From assembly GCF_964355755.1 (NCBI RefSeq), contig NC_092670.1, forward strand, positions 35,638,388 through 35,702,387: 64,000 nt of DNA, read 5' to 3'. The notes below the pieces were generated by a model. It did not search any database, was not told the DNA's origin, and saw nothing but the letters and a program-made list of their open reading frames with translations. Made by a program: the position numbers and the translations under genes. Shown one piece after another: positions 41,392-54,464 of this stretch (position 1 is the first letter of the stretch; every line of letters begins with the position of its first letter). Origin of the DNA: Antedon mediterranea. Its lineage: Eukaryota > Animalia > Echinodermata.

Positions 41392-41966
41392 TAACTTTCA
41401 TAATTATATATAATCAATGCGTTTATTGACATACATCATGTCAGTTTTAATATTATAAATCTATAAGTAATAATAATATATTTATTCAATAGTAATTTAG
41501 ACAATAAAATGCTATATATAAAATAAGTTTATAAAAATATTGTATTCCGCTTTTCATAAAAGAATGGAAATGTTTCTTAAATACTATCTGAATATAACAA
41601 TAACAGTGTCAGAGTCATCTTCTCTTCTATGTTGCTGCAGTCACTCGGCGCAACATGCTGTAAAACGATCTGTCTAAGAATTGTACACAACTGTATACAT
41701 TTTCATACTCATTTTTTCACCATACCTTTCATCTATCTTATGTCTCCAATAAAAGTTGATAACTACAGTATATAGTAAATGTAGCATATTTGATATAAAG
41801 AATTAATTTTACAAACATACTATAAAGTATTTCGAATAAAATAATGAGATTTTGTGTTATACAGAGCAACAAAGTATTTAAAATACAAGAGTTTTACTAA
41901 GGCAGCCACCGACCATTCCTGATTGCATCTGCTAAAATTCATGGAAACAGCAGCCTCCATATAAAT

Positions 41967-42647
41967 GTCCACATGATTAACAACTGTGTCCACATGTTTA
42001 ACAGCAGTGTCCACATGTTTAACAGCAGTGTCCACATGATTAACAACAGTTTCCACATGTTTAACAACAGTGTTCACATGATTAACAACAGTGTCCACAT
42101 GTTTAACAGCAGTGTCCACATGATTAACAACAGTGTCCACATGATTAACAACAGTGTTCACATGATTAACAACAGTATCCACATGATTAACAGCAGTTTC
42201 CACATGATTAACAGCAGTGTCCACATGATTAACAGCAGTGTCCACATGATTAACAACAGTGTCCATGCGATTAACATCAGTGTCCACATGATTAACAACA
42301 GTGTCCATGCGATTAACATCAGTGTTCACATGTTTAACAACAGTGTTCACATGATTAACAACAGTGTCCACATGTTTAACAGCAGTGTCCACATGATTAA
42401 CAGCAGTGTCCACATGATTAACAACAGTGTCCACATGATTAACAACAGTGTTCACATGATTAACAACAGTGTCCACATGTTTAACAGCAGTGTCCACATG
42501 ATTAACAGCAGTGTCCACATGATTAACAACAGTGTCCACATGATTAACAACAGTTTTCACATGATTAACAACAGTGTCCACATGATTAACAGCAGTGTCC
42601 ACATGATTAACAACAGTGTCCATGCGATTAACATCAGTGTTCACATG
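41967..42647. repeat. About 32 x 21-bp minisatellite (gtgtccacatgattaacaaca) in the probable 3'UTR of the membrane-protein gene
   Basis: Direct inspection; begins about 100 nt after the stop codon. Confidence 0.95.
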
Positions 42648-42745
42648 GTGTTTTTGGAATTATAATGAGTTTGGAATGTACAAAATGGAGAATCAAACCC
42701 AATCCAAAAACATGAAATGACTGTTAAGATAGGAACAGTCTATGA

Positions 42746-43743
42746 TCAGGATCTGTACAATTTGGTATAGTTCTCTTTTAGAGCAGGGTTTCCACTTTTA
42801 TCAGCCTTTTGATTGTAGTAGTCACCATGTTTTGGCATTCCTTTGAAGCTTACTGGTTGATTATAAACATATGGTGCATCATAGACCTGATTAAAGTCCT
42901 CTGCTGGTGGCTCTGCTGGTCTCCGAGGAAATTCTTGCAACTGTATGCTTGTTGTATTTTCATATATACAGTCAAAATCTAGATCATCTGGTTTTTCTTG
43001 TAAAATAGGTGTTTCATATTGGTCGCCATAATCTTGTTCTGGTCTCATAAAATTTGTAGTCATTGGAGCCTCATAATTGTCCCCATAATCTGGTTGTCCT
43101 GATGGTTCTTGCATTATCGGAGCTTTATATGAACTTCCTTTGCTACTTTGCTTTGCTTTTGATGGTGAAGATTTCTGATGTAGGCCTACAACTGGCTTTT
43201 TCTTTACAATTGGTGGCAAGACCTTTGTCTTTTGAGGTGAAACGAACTCATAAGTGTCACCATAATCACTATCAGGAATTTTTGATGGTGAAGATTGAAG
43301 AGCAATTTCATAATCTCCACCATAGTCTTTATTTTCTGAGGGAACTGGAATTTCATAATCTCCACCGTAGTCTTTATTTTCTGAAGGAACTGGAATTTCA
43401 TAATCTCCACCGTAATCTTTATTTTCTGAGGGAACTGGAATTTCATAATCTCCACCATAGTCTTTATTTTCTGAGGGAACTGGAATTTCATAATCTCCAC
43501 CGTAGTCTTTATTTTCTGAGGGAATTGGAATTTCATAATCTCCACCGTAGTCCTTACTTTCTGAAGGAACTGGAAGCTCATGTCGACCTCTTGCACTTGG
43601 ACTCTTTAATTGTGTTGGTACGTAATCGTTTCTTTTCTTGTTCGGATTTCTGTGATTTCCTCCACTATTCTGTTTCTTTTGAGGTTTCATTTCAACTTCT
43701 CCAAAAATGTTGCTATCATCAATTTTCCGTATTACAGTTTGCT
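42746..43743 (-). CDS. Membrane protein last exon: Tyr-motif-rich tail with 6x DYGGDYEIP-type repeats, ending ENYTKLYRS*
   Basis: ttttttgtttgtag acceptor in phase 1, long open frame to TGA. Candidate AATAAA signals lie on the minus strand near 41422 and 41481. Confidence 0.92.
43304..43573 (-). repeat. Coding tandem repeat, 6 x 45 bp (PVPSENKDYGGDYEI)
   Basis: Direct inspection; differences between units are mostly synonymous. Confidence 0.95.
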
Positions 43744-45306
43744 CTACAAACAAAAAAGTTTAAAATTAATTATGTTTCATATCATCTTTTTATTAGAATT
43801 TGTTAAATGTAATTTATTTTTTGTTTTGTTTTTTAAATTGTATAGAGTTTAATTTAGTTAAAGTTACTCAAATTTTGAAATTTTGAGGGCTCATGGATAT
43901 CAGCTGGCCTGTGGATTCAGGTGGAAGGATTACCATCTCTAATAAAGTTGAAATAAATTTAAAAAACAAACAAAAACTGCAATGTCTACATGAGATATAT
44001 TTTCATAATTTCCAGATTCACACTGAATCTTGACACACTGTTGGATATAAATAACACACCCTTGGCTATATAAAACCAAAACAAGCCCACAATTATGCAT
44101 GTCTGGCAGAAAATATATACTTCACTTTTTGAGGTAATATCATAAAAAACATTTCACCTAAAACAGTAACAATGGTAATAAAAAAAAATAATTAAAAAAA
44201 ATAATAGAATAAAAATAACATAAACAAATTATTGATAGCAGTCATATGAGGTCATCCAGGTTGTAAGACGGGGGAGGGGAGGGGGGTCGTGGTTTGAGTG
44301 ATGTAAACTTTTTCTGGTTGGTTCATTTTATAAAGTGGGGAAGGATCAGCTCTAAATCCAGTTTTAAGAATTAAACAAGTTATTAACCATTAGGGTCAAG
44401 TTGAAATTGATGAAATAAACTGATTTTCCAAACACAGTGAATTGTTTTAAACTAAGCATTTAAAAAGACCAATGCAGACTTAAATAAATCATAGAACTTG
44501 TATAGTATTATAAGGTACTATAAATAAAAATAAAAGCTGTCAAAAAGTATAAGTCAACCAAGAAATGCAACCTTGTGAGTAAAAAAAAGAAGGGAATTTC
44601 CCTTTTGTTTCCTTTTCCTTGTTTGCAGAACTAAAGATCAAATTACAAACTTATACAACTATTCAATAGCCTTAAGTTTATTATAATAATGCATTATATT
44701 TCTATGTTAAAAACCTAGTTATCATTACTAGTGTGTTGGGTCATGACTTATAACTGGTATCTTATCTTATCAAATATAAATAATGTATAAAATAAGTAAC
44801 TGTTTTACCACTGGAAGTCTTATTCCTAAATAGTTACGGTATACAGAATGTTACAATGTATTATTGCTTATGACTATGTAGTCACATGGAATGAATTTGT
44901 ATGATTTTAAATATTTTAATGTTTTTATATACACCTGTCATATAGTATTGAGGCTACCACAAATAATTAAATGGTGCAAGTAACAATCAAACGCTTCTTT
45001 TTTTTAATGTTAACATGGCAAGAAAATGAAAATTCCCTATCTAACTAATCTAAAGCTCTGTCTACACTATCAAACTAGTTTGACAAAAAAAGTGCGATGT
45101 GCCCAAATGTGATATGCTCAAATATGGTGGTGATATGACATCATCGTGTCCATATATGGGCACATCAAACTTTTTTGTCACATAAACTTTGATAGTGTAG
45201 ACAGACAGATCTTAACTATATTTGTTTCTCCAAGCAAACTTCCTCCAATCCCAAAAGTTTGCCAAATAGGTATTAATGCCTATGACTAGCTTATTTAAAG
45301 TTTTAC

Positions 45307-45613
45307 CTAGTCTTTTTTTCAATAAATCTCCAAGCGGTGTATTAGTAGGTGGCAGAGGAGGAGGACTTGATTCTGGCATGGAATGCTGTTTTGGTAGACT
45401 TAAGGTTGAAGGTGGGCTAATTGCCATTCGATGAGGTTGAGGAAGTGGCGGTGCAGTACCCTGAAAAGCTTCATTGTTATTTCCAATGTTCCCATATTCA
45501 TTTCCGTAATCCAAAGGCACCTCTGGAAGTAACCGTTCATTTTGATTTTGTGATTCCCTTTTTGGAGCATTTTCCATATCCACCTGTCCTAATACATTCA
45601 CATTTCCATAGGC
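45307..45613 (-). CDS. Membrane protein exon 5: AYGNV...DYGNEYGNI...PPLPQP...PPPLPP...KKRL
   Basis: tttaatttcag acceptor, G|gtaaaa donor, phases 0/1; YxN and PxxP motifs. Confidence 0.88.
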
Positions 45614-45867
45614 CTGAAATTAAATAATATATTTAATTATACTATAGTATTACAAATGAAAATTGTTAATTGACTGGAAAATGGAAGGAAGAACTTTTAT
45701 ACTTTATTAATTTCTAATCAGCCTACTTTTCCTAAAATTTAATACAGTACTCTGACCCATGGGCCTATACTCGGTCAAATGCAGTATCTTTAAATACTAA
45801 GGTTAAAATGTTGATGGAAAAATATAAGAAAAGTTTATTTGTTATTTTTTTGCATCAATATACTTAC

Positions 45868-45951
45868 AGGCTCTGCATCGATCACTCGGGCAGGCATACT
45901 TGACGATGTTGAGGTTGGTAACAGATTTGGTGGTTTCTGAACTGGTGTTGG
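45868..45951 (-). CDS. Membrane protein exon 4: PTPVQKPPNLLPTSTSSSMPARVIDAEP
   Basis: tttcttgttttag acceptor, gtaagt donor, 84 nt, phase 0/0. Confidence 0.85.
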
Positions 45952-46031
45952 CTAAAACAAGAAATCAAAGTCAGTTATTAATTGCCAGTAAAATTAAGAA
46001 TAAAAACAATATAAAAAAGAGAGAAGCCATG

Positions 46032-46069
46032 ATTCGAGTTTCAATCTTTATTTGATCATCATCAGGAAT
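46032..46069 (-). ncRNA. Degenerate minimal (Penelope-type) hammerhead ribozyme motif
   Basis: Minus strand reads attc-CTGATGA-T-GATC-aaataaa-GATT-GAAA-CTC-gaat. Stem I is attc/gaat and stem II is GATC/GATT; helix III is apparently damaged. Confidence 0.5.
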
Positions 46070-47373
46070 GAAGATCAAAACGGTGAATCATGGTATTCCT
46101 CGTTATTTGGAGTGAGTTTTATACTATGTTATTTAAATTTAAAAAAATAATGTGGCAAATATAATGACAATAAACTTAAATAAAATTGATTGATAACTGA
46201 GTTCTTAATCAATTAAAATATCATGATACAGCAGTATAAAATTTGAATTTTAAAAAAGGTGGTCTATCACATTAATTCTATCACAATCACATTTTGAAAT
46301 GCACCACACGTATTAATTCCAGCATAAAAAAAAACTATTATATTTTGTTTATTTTTTATTGGATTTTGAAATATACGGAAATTTATTTAATTTATAGTAT
46401 TAATACTAAGTATTTCCCCATTATAATAAACTTAAAAAATAATAACTTCATAGAATAACATTACCAATTATGTGTTGACTACCATGTTTTATAGTATTAA
46501 TACTGAGTATTTCCCCATTAATAACTTCATAGAATAACATTTAGGTGTCGACTACCATGTTTTATAGTTTTCAAAATTAAAATTATGTAGTACCGTAACT
46601 GAAGGAATTAATACATGACTTTAAAATGTATATTAGAAAGAATAGAAAAAGAAAATAAAAAATATTAATAAGTTAAACACGAGTGCTTTAAATCGGTTTA
46701 TGTTATTCTGTGTTTTGTGCCGGTATAGCCACAAGAATTAAAGTGTTCACAAAAGGGGACAATCCTCTGTGCAGGCAACATGATTGTCATAGACCTCTGT
46801 CAAAGAGTGGTCAGGTTGAAACTATATCAACCGTACTGGTAGCTATGGCACTGTGTTTTTGTATAACTAAATTAATATATTGTACATCAGAAAAGTTTAC
46901 ATTGGATTTAACAACACAGAGACTGCAGGTCGCAAATTAGTAGACCGTCAGTAATTGTACCGCTTTTCTTTTTGACCTTACTTTCCTGGAAGTACATGGT
47001 AAAAAATCTGAATCTGTGTCGCACTAAATATACTATAGTTTCACAGTTGATTTTAGGCCAATTGAAATTCTTAAAAACTAGGCCAATCGCAATATAAAAA
47101 CCACCAAACAATGCATTTTAATATTAAGCCTTTCAAATCCAAACCTTTATTCATGCTTTTGTTAAATAAATGCTTTTGAAAAATATTGTCAAAATTTGTT
47201 TCCTGAAAGTTTGTTTGTCATAAATGAAGCTGCTACTACTATGGCAGATATTAATGTTTTATTTTGTTTTTTTAAAAATGAATTCTAATGTGCCAATTGT
47301 TGGTTACTACTGGGTGATGATACTGATCATAGAGTATATTAGTGTACTTAGGCCTTTTTTTAATAAATGTTAA

Positions 47374-47967
47374 AGCTCAGGTACAGGCATGAATTTTAAA
47401 TATAATATTTGGTTAATTGTACATAAATCAAATATTTGTAACAGAAATCGAGACGAAAAAACATGAATTTCCCTTAATATGGTCAAATACAAAATTTGGC
47501 AAAATTCTTCCATAAAAACCAGGAAGACTTTTTTCCAGTAGTTAGGTAGTTAACCTAATGTAATAACATGTCTGGTGACTCCCTAGACGGTGGAAAAAGA
47601 TGGTGGATATACGGTGGATAATTTTTGCTATAGCATGAAAATAAAAATCTGAAGTTGAATAAAAATATCAGAAATGTAATATTCAAGTTATATTACCTAT
47701 ATTTAGTCATCTGATAACATTTTTTACCACACCGTTTATTTTTCATAGCTTTTTAAAATGCCTCTCTATTTACAAAATTTGTGTACAAAGGAATAGAGAT
47801 TTTACTGTGTAATTTGAACTATCCCCCCACTGATAAGAAAGTGCTTATTTTCAACAAGCTCGTGTAACACAAATAAAATCCCAAAAATTATGAAACATTG
47901 GGGAAACTATAGATCGATAATTATTGGAATGTATGATCAATAGAAATTTTTTGCCCGCACCTTGCCT
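47374..47967. mobile_element. Second TTAA-flanked non-autonomous element (Kolobok-like)
   Basis: TTAA on both sides; imperfect TIR agctcaggtacaggca / tgcccgcaccttgcct. Confidence 0.6.
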
Positions 47968-48053
47968 TTAAGTTTAATAATGTTATTAGTGTAACATTTT
48001 CCATTAGACACGTGGTGTGTACAGCATCCACATTATTCCTATTATTACTATAG

Positions 48054-48369
48054 TATACAAATAATGAATGTTTATGAGTGCAATGGTACAAATAATGGCA
48101 CGAGGTGAATGATGAAAGGTTATATCAACGAGGCAAAGCCGAGTTGATATAACCTTTCATCATTCACCAAGTGCCATTATTTGTACCATTACACGAATAC
48201 AAAACATTCATTATTTGTTTTATATAACATCTAGACGTTTTTTTTTCGTACACAAAAATGTTTCAAAAAGTACTATTTAACGATCGTTGAATAGTGCGTA
48301 CTATTGCACGCCATGTGACCCACATTCGTCCAATCAAATGACAGGAATTTATATAGGTGTTATATAATA
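48054..48369 (-). mobile_element. Inverted second copy of the 9835-10140 hairpin element
   Basis: Reverse-complement identity over nearly the whole length. Confidence 0.8.
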
Positions 48370-49465
48370 ATGTATATGACCGAGTATAATCCCATACTCG
48401 AATACAGTAACCCAACCGTCTAATTTAAGCTAAATTTGGACACAAGTCTTTTGGCAGTTTCATTAATTATTGAATCAGAGTATAATCCCAAAATACCTGG
48501 GTTCCTGGCGCCATCACACACGTCCTCGCGTATTATTGTTATTACAGTGCGCCACCTTGCGCCCTATCGAGGGACATTGTTTTTTCTCTTAGAGTTAGTT
48601 TGTTCATGTTATATAGTCGCAGTCGGTTGGTATTATATTCGTTTATACTTTAATAAAGTGTTCATATCTTCATAAAATTGATGAGTCTCTATTGCCGTGG
48701 GACTATTACTAAGATTATTAAAATACCTAGCTTTAAACTATAGTTTGCTGTTGCAGAGCCTACAGTAATTGTGATTTGTGCAACTAAGGGTTTATACAAA
48801 ATCTTACAGAGAGCTCATAATAAAAAATAAACTTTCTTGGCTCAGTGAGATTTACACAGTCGGGTTAAAACTTCTGAGCAGTGAAAAGCCAAAACACTCC
48901 CGCATATATGACTGTCAGAGTTTTTTTGGCTAGGTGAACCATCTCAAAAAGATTTACCAGAGGCAAGCGGAACTATTAAGAAAGGAGGAAAACTTACTCT
49001 GCAGTTTGATAAGTTTTTTCAAAGGAAAGTTTCTGTCAGGCGGCCTGTTCGCACTTAATATTCGATTGGTATTAGTCTTAAAAGAGATACAACTTTAGCA
49101 TTTGATCAGGAACGGACTTACAGACGGCGGAAGACTGCATGTTTAACTAGGATATAGCTGGTGGCCCATTAGTCGGTCTTATCTCACTTGCTTTAATATA
49201 ACTTTAGTACAAGGAAACAACATTCATGTATCAGGTTAAATAACATCAGGGAGATGTAATTGAGTTTGATTTATCATTATAGTGTAAATGTGAACATGCA
49301 TTCAATGTGTAGTCAACATTAACATAAAAAGATTACAGTAATTGTTAATCCCTGGTTAAAATCAAAATACATAGCAAAATAGTGCAAACTTAAAATCAAA
49401 CTCATGCTGCCAAATTAAAAATGGATTGAAATATAATATAATTATTGCACATATTTCGTTTATAC

Positions 49466-49498
49466 CTCATCCGTTGCTTTCCAAGACTTGAATCTCAT
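49466..49498 (-). CDS. Membrane protein exon 3 (33 nt): MRFKSWKATDE
   Basis: tgttctttag acceptor, GAG|gtataa donor, phase 0/0. Confidence 0.6.
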
Positions 49499-50389
49499 CT
49501 AAAGAACAGTAAAAGAAACATTTATGTACGGTCTAATATCTCAAGAACAAATATGCCTTCTTGTTGAACAGGGGCGAATCCAGCATTATGTATAAAAAGG
49601 AGGCCTGGAAGTGCATTTTTTTCAATTGAAATACAGTATAAAGTTGGCCCATGTCCGATGTGCCCACAAGTACATCCCCTCTAAAATAAATATTAAGACT
49701 TGAGTACTGCAAAAGGAGGCCTGGAAGTGCAATTTTTTCCCAATTTAAATACAGTACAAAGTTGGCCACTTCTGATGTGCCCATCCCCCACCAACACCTC
49801 TAAATAAAATATCAAGACTGCGAGTACTGCAACATTGTCTTGTGATAAACAAATATTGCCATTCTTCAGTTACTAATTTTACAAATTAAACGTGACAATG
49901 GAATTGGTAAGCGAACATGATCATACCAAACGTTTGTACATGAACATTATGTTGCACAAAATTTGGCCTACTTTATGGTATTTATTTTTTATTTCATATT
50001 CACTGATAGATATATACAGCTGCAATGGAAAGCTGACACCGTGCATGTCGCCTCTTTTTCGAAAGCATCTCAACGGTTTTTTATAAGCCAGTAGTTTGGC
50101 TGTTTGGCTTTACCTTCAGAAAAGTTTTGACCCCACCAATGTTGTTTTAAAAATGTTTATAGAGAGATTAATTTAAGGGTTAGTTGTAAATTAAGGATGG
50201 GTATGTTACCGACAACAGGTAGGCCAATCGTCGCTAGACATAGTACAACAATTTGACGTGAGGTATAGACTGCAATAGATCTGTAAAGGGCCTGATTTGC
50301 TAAAGTTATTTAAGTAAACCAGTAACATTGATTAGGCCTACATACTTATAAACATATACATATAATATTTATCTATTGGTTTAACTTAC

Positions 50390-50956
50390 CGGTTCATCAT
50401 TACGGCCACAGTAATAACGTATCAAACATGATAAGGAAACGATAAGTAGAACGACACCAACAATAATTGCAATGATGATAAATCCAAATATAAGTTTTTC
50501 ATTTTTTAAAAAACATGCTAAAGTTTTGCATTTCGTTTTGCATTCACATTTTTCCAAATCATAACCATAATGACCACATGTCTCCTCAAAACATTTACAA
50601 TCATCTGGATCATCTACCGAACAACCATGCACGCATTTTTCGTTACAAATCGTGCAATTTTCTTCAAAACTGATGTCCGTGCACGTATTATGTAGGCCTA
50701 TATTGTAACAACAATTGTCCATCATTTCTGTTACCATGTCTGTGGCTGCTTCCATAGTCGTGTTTGCCACAGTTGTGTTTCCTACCACAGTTGGTGTTGG
50801 TCGAGTTGTTGTAGGAAGAGTTGTTGTTGCCACAGTTGTAGAAGATTCTGTTCCATTCAATCTGGTAGAAGTATTCACTATTGTAGTTAATATAGTTCCT
50901 TGTATTGTTGTGGTTTCAGAACATTTAAGTATATAGTATTCTGTTGCTGCACACAT
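50390..50956 (-). CDS. Membrane protein exon 2: Thr-rich mucin stalk, 14-Cys domain, TM helix (LIFGFIIIAIIVGVVLLIVSLSCLI), juxtamembrane RYYC
   Basis: 567 nt open; ttctttttcaatag acceptor, CCG|gtaagt donor; N-x-S/T sequons NTS, NGT, NTT x2, NCT. Confidence 0.92.
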
Positions 50957-52989
50957 CTATTGAAAAAGAAAATAAAATTTAAAACCTTTGAAAATACCAC
51001 CTCAAAATTCCCCTGATAACCTCGGTTTTCCTTGATTTTTTCCACTAAAATACAATTTCATCCGATTTTTTTTGGAAAACAACAAAAAGATCAGATAATA
51101 ACCAAATGTACAATTATCACTGCTACAAGAAAGAACTATAATAAATAATATCCATGCGTTGTTGATTTATTATTATTATATTATACATTGTGTACCATAG
51201 CGCCTTCTATGGTTTTATCATTACAAATATTATAGCACACTCTATATTATTTTGTACATTGCTTTCATTGCGATATTTAATTTTTTTCAAGTTGACAGGG
51301 AGTCTACCTTACTTGAGTTTATCTGTCCATATGGATAGAAATGTTTTAAATATTGAGGAACTTAAAACTTAAAATGGTTTAAAACTTTAAACGAGTCATT
51401 TATACATTTTTTTTTTAAATCAATGAACTAAAGGCAAAAACAGAACAACTGTTTTCAACCTGTATGCAGTATGGCTGAATGTTTTACATACTTTAACTCT
51501 AGTGGTCTGGCCATGGATCTATACATTTATAGGTCCATGGTCTGACCATAGGGCATTCATATCTGTCTAGTTGATCTCATTTTTTATCTCTAAAGATGTA
51601 TTGTCCCCTAAAAAATGAAGATTAATTAAATCAGACTTTGAATAGGTTATTTTGTAGTTTAATCAAGTTAATCACTTTGTGAAAAAACATTAAAATGACA
51701 AAATAAATGGTTAAATTCAACCAAAAGCCCATTGGCTAGCAGCCAATTTGATTATTTTTTGCTTTAAATTACAGTATTTTTCAGGTAAATGCTATTTTTT
51801 CCATCCAAAGGTTTTGATCAATGTAGATTAACTATTATGCAACATTAAAATGGCATATTCAACAAAAAATGTCACTGTAATCATTATTTTTCCAGGGGGA
51901 AAATACATTATAATCTATAACCATTCTTTTTTCAAGTTCCCAATTCTATATAGTCAGTTTTGTTGCCACAGGGTGACAGATGGATGAGGTTCTCATCAAC
52001 ATTCAAAAGTAACAATTATCTACTTGTCCAAGACCTAATTATGATATAAATGAAATTTAATAATCAACAAATCATTGGAATCCCCTCCTGGTCACAAAAC
52101 AGATGCGGTAGGGGGGCTTGTAATGACCTAAAAAGATTATTTTTAAACATAATCATTGTGTATTGTTGTCAATTTAATAACTAGATATATTGCATAAACA
52201 ATCATTGACTCAATCACTCTGAGTTATTAATATTAAATAATGCAAGCCATCCATTTGAAAAAAAATTAGAATAAAATAGAATTTTATGAAGTCATACAGT
52301 TTAAAATTAGTTTCCAGTGTAAGTTTTGTGGCTCGAGGAGGGGGTAACTTGTATGAACTACTAAACAGAGTACCACAGGTAACTGTTATACTTTTAGCAA
52401 TTTTAAAAGAAGAAATAACTAAAGTTGTATAACATGCAACAATTGTAATTTTAGATTTGAGAAAATTTTATTTTTAGTTTCATTTAAATGAAATCTGTTT
52501 TGATATATATGTTTTGTAACTTGAAAAAGTTACTTTATTATTATTTTGTATTACTTTGTAATGTAACCAAGTTAAGTAATGTATACTGTTTTATGAAATA
52601 CAGAAAATAAAATAATTAAAAAAAAAGTTTCATTTTGATGCTAGATAGCATTACCATAATAAAGTCACAAGGTAATGAAAACACATTATTTCCACCAAAA
52701 AAATTACAAATTTTCAAAAACAAAAGAGAAAGATACGGGGAAGTAGACCAGTAAATTAACGTAGATAAAAATGATTCTTCGATATTGACAATATAAAACA
52801 TTGTTCTGGTAGCTGACAGAGACAGCAATATTTCCTGTTTAGATCCGTGTCTTTCCATTCTGATGATCTTCCTGTTATAGTGTAGGTGATTTCCTGCAAC
52901 TATCGTACTAGAAAGCTACATTGAATATTAATCAATGTTAAGTACAAAAGTACGCCAAGGCAAAAATGAGTACTTTATACAGGGTGGCC

Positions 52990-53349
52990 CAGTGGTGTAA
53001 CGCAGATGCCTTTAGGGCCCCTGGTTTAGGGACACAATAACGTAGCCCTTCAACACAAAGGCTTCTGGCATTCTTAGGCCGGTATTCATGAAAGGGGACT
53101 ATCCTTAGTCCTGGACTATCTAGTCCAGGACTAAGGATAATCCTGGACTATCCTTGATATGGTATTCATGAAACCTGGACTAAATAGTCCTGGATTAAGC
53201 CATGGAAAATTACAGCAGCTAGGTGGTCCATGATGTTTCCTTCTTTTTTTTTTGACATAAGATAATGCCTTTTTTTCTCCGGGCGCTGCTCTGGGGCACC
53301 TTATAAGCTAAGGGTTTAGCCAGTAGTGCTTATAACTGTGACACCACTA
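52990..53349. mobile_element. CAGTGG-terminated MITE with an agggtggc TSD, containing a nested palindromic transposon end (53078-53200)
   Basis: Direct repeats at 52981 and 53350; TIR cagtggtgt / acaccacta; nested tcctggacta / tagtccagga repeats. Confidence 0.6.
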
Positions 53350-54464
53350 AGGGTGGCTAACAATTGCTGTTCTACAGTATACCCCTTGTATGAAAAGAAA
53401 TGCTTAACTCAAAATCATTCATCAATAATTTTAATGTTTAATGTACGTTTTTAAACATCATATTACAATGTGTGTTATCTATGAATAGTTTTGAAATGTA
53501 TAAATAAATGGGAAATATTCTATTATTTCTATTTTATTTTTCTGCATGTGATTTATTTTAAACTTTTTATATTGACTTTGACATTTGTCCTTGTTTTTTA
53601 CACTAAAAGTAAAACACAAAAGTATAAGCAACACAATAATGTTTAAAAGTCGAAGAAACAATAAAGAATTCTAAGAAGAAAAAAATTCAAAATGTGTGAT
53701 TCACCATTCTGTACACATTACCAGGCTCTTTTTTTACTTTGAAATTTGGATAATAAGAGTTTTCATACACACACCATGTTTTTGCTAAGCCATTGAATTA
53801 AATAAAATTAATACCATTGCCATGTTTAACAGAATACTGTGTTATTCATTTTGAACAAGTGATAACCAAGTTAAAGCTCTGTCTACACTATGAAACTATA
53901 GTTTGACAAAAAAGTGTCATGTGTCCAAATATGGTAGTGATATGCCTAAATATGATAGTGATATGACATCATCATGTCTATATATGGCACATCACATTTT
54001 TCTGTCACATAAAGTTTGACAGTGTAGACAAAAAGGCTTAATAAAAAACTGTACACAAAAATGTCAATCCTCTGAAGCTAAGAGCGTATCGATCTGTTAT
54101 ATACATAGATACAAAGTGTTGACATGGTTTATAGTGTTATTTTAATTGTTGAACTTTAAACTACTCTACAGTATATTGTTTAATTAGTTATAAACACACA
54201 CACGCAGTGAATTGACAATGGTGTTCTTTTTTTTGTAAAAAGTGATGATATTTACTTAATTGAGAAGATCAATACAAATAGGTTAGACTACACTCATGTA
54301 GATGGCTTAGTGATGTGTTAAGGTGTGCCATCCAATGCAAATGTTATCATCAGAAACCGTCACTAACTGAGGCAGCGCCACTGAATCTTAATTTCAAAGG
54401 CAGTTTCTCAGTACTATACAGTACTTTGTAAAATAGTAACCTATGTTTTAATCTTTAAGTACCT

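Noticed and set aside
41820-42665. 274-aa and 230-aa repeat ORFs as genes
   Set aside because: They arise from a 21-bp minisatellite, start at GTG or within the repeat, and have no splice support. Readthrough from the upstream gene is blocked by TGA TCA TAG.
43063-43806. Antisense 247-aa and alternative-frame 130-aa ORFs
   Set aside because: Shadow frames of the 45-bp coding repeat.
46940-46985. Possible exon ESKVKKKS after the tacttccag acceptor
   Set aside because: No convincing in-phase donor.
48998-49076. Possible extra exon of the membrane-protein gene (ttttaag...gtaagt)
   Set aside because: 79 nt would shift the frame between two phase-0 exons, and I found no compensating exon.
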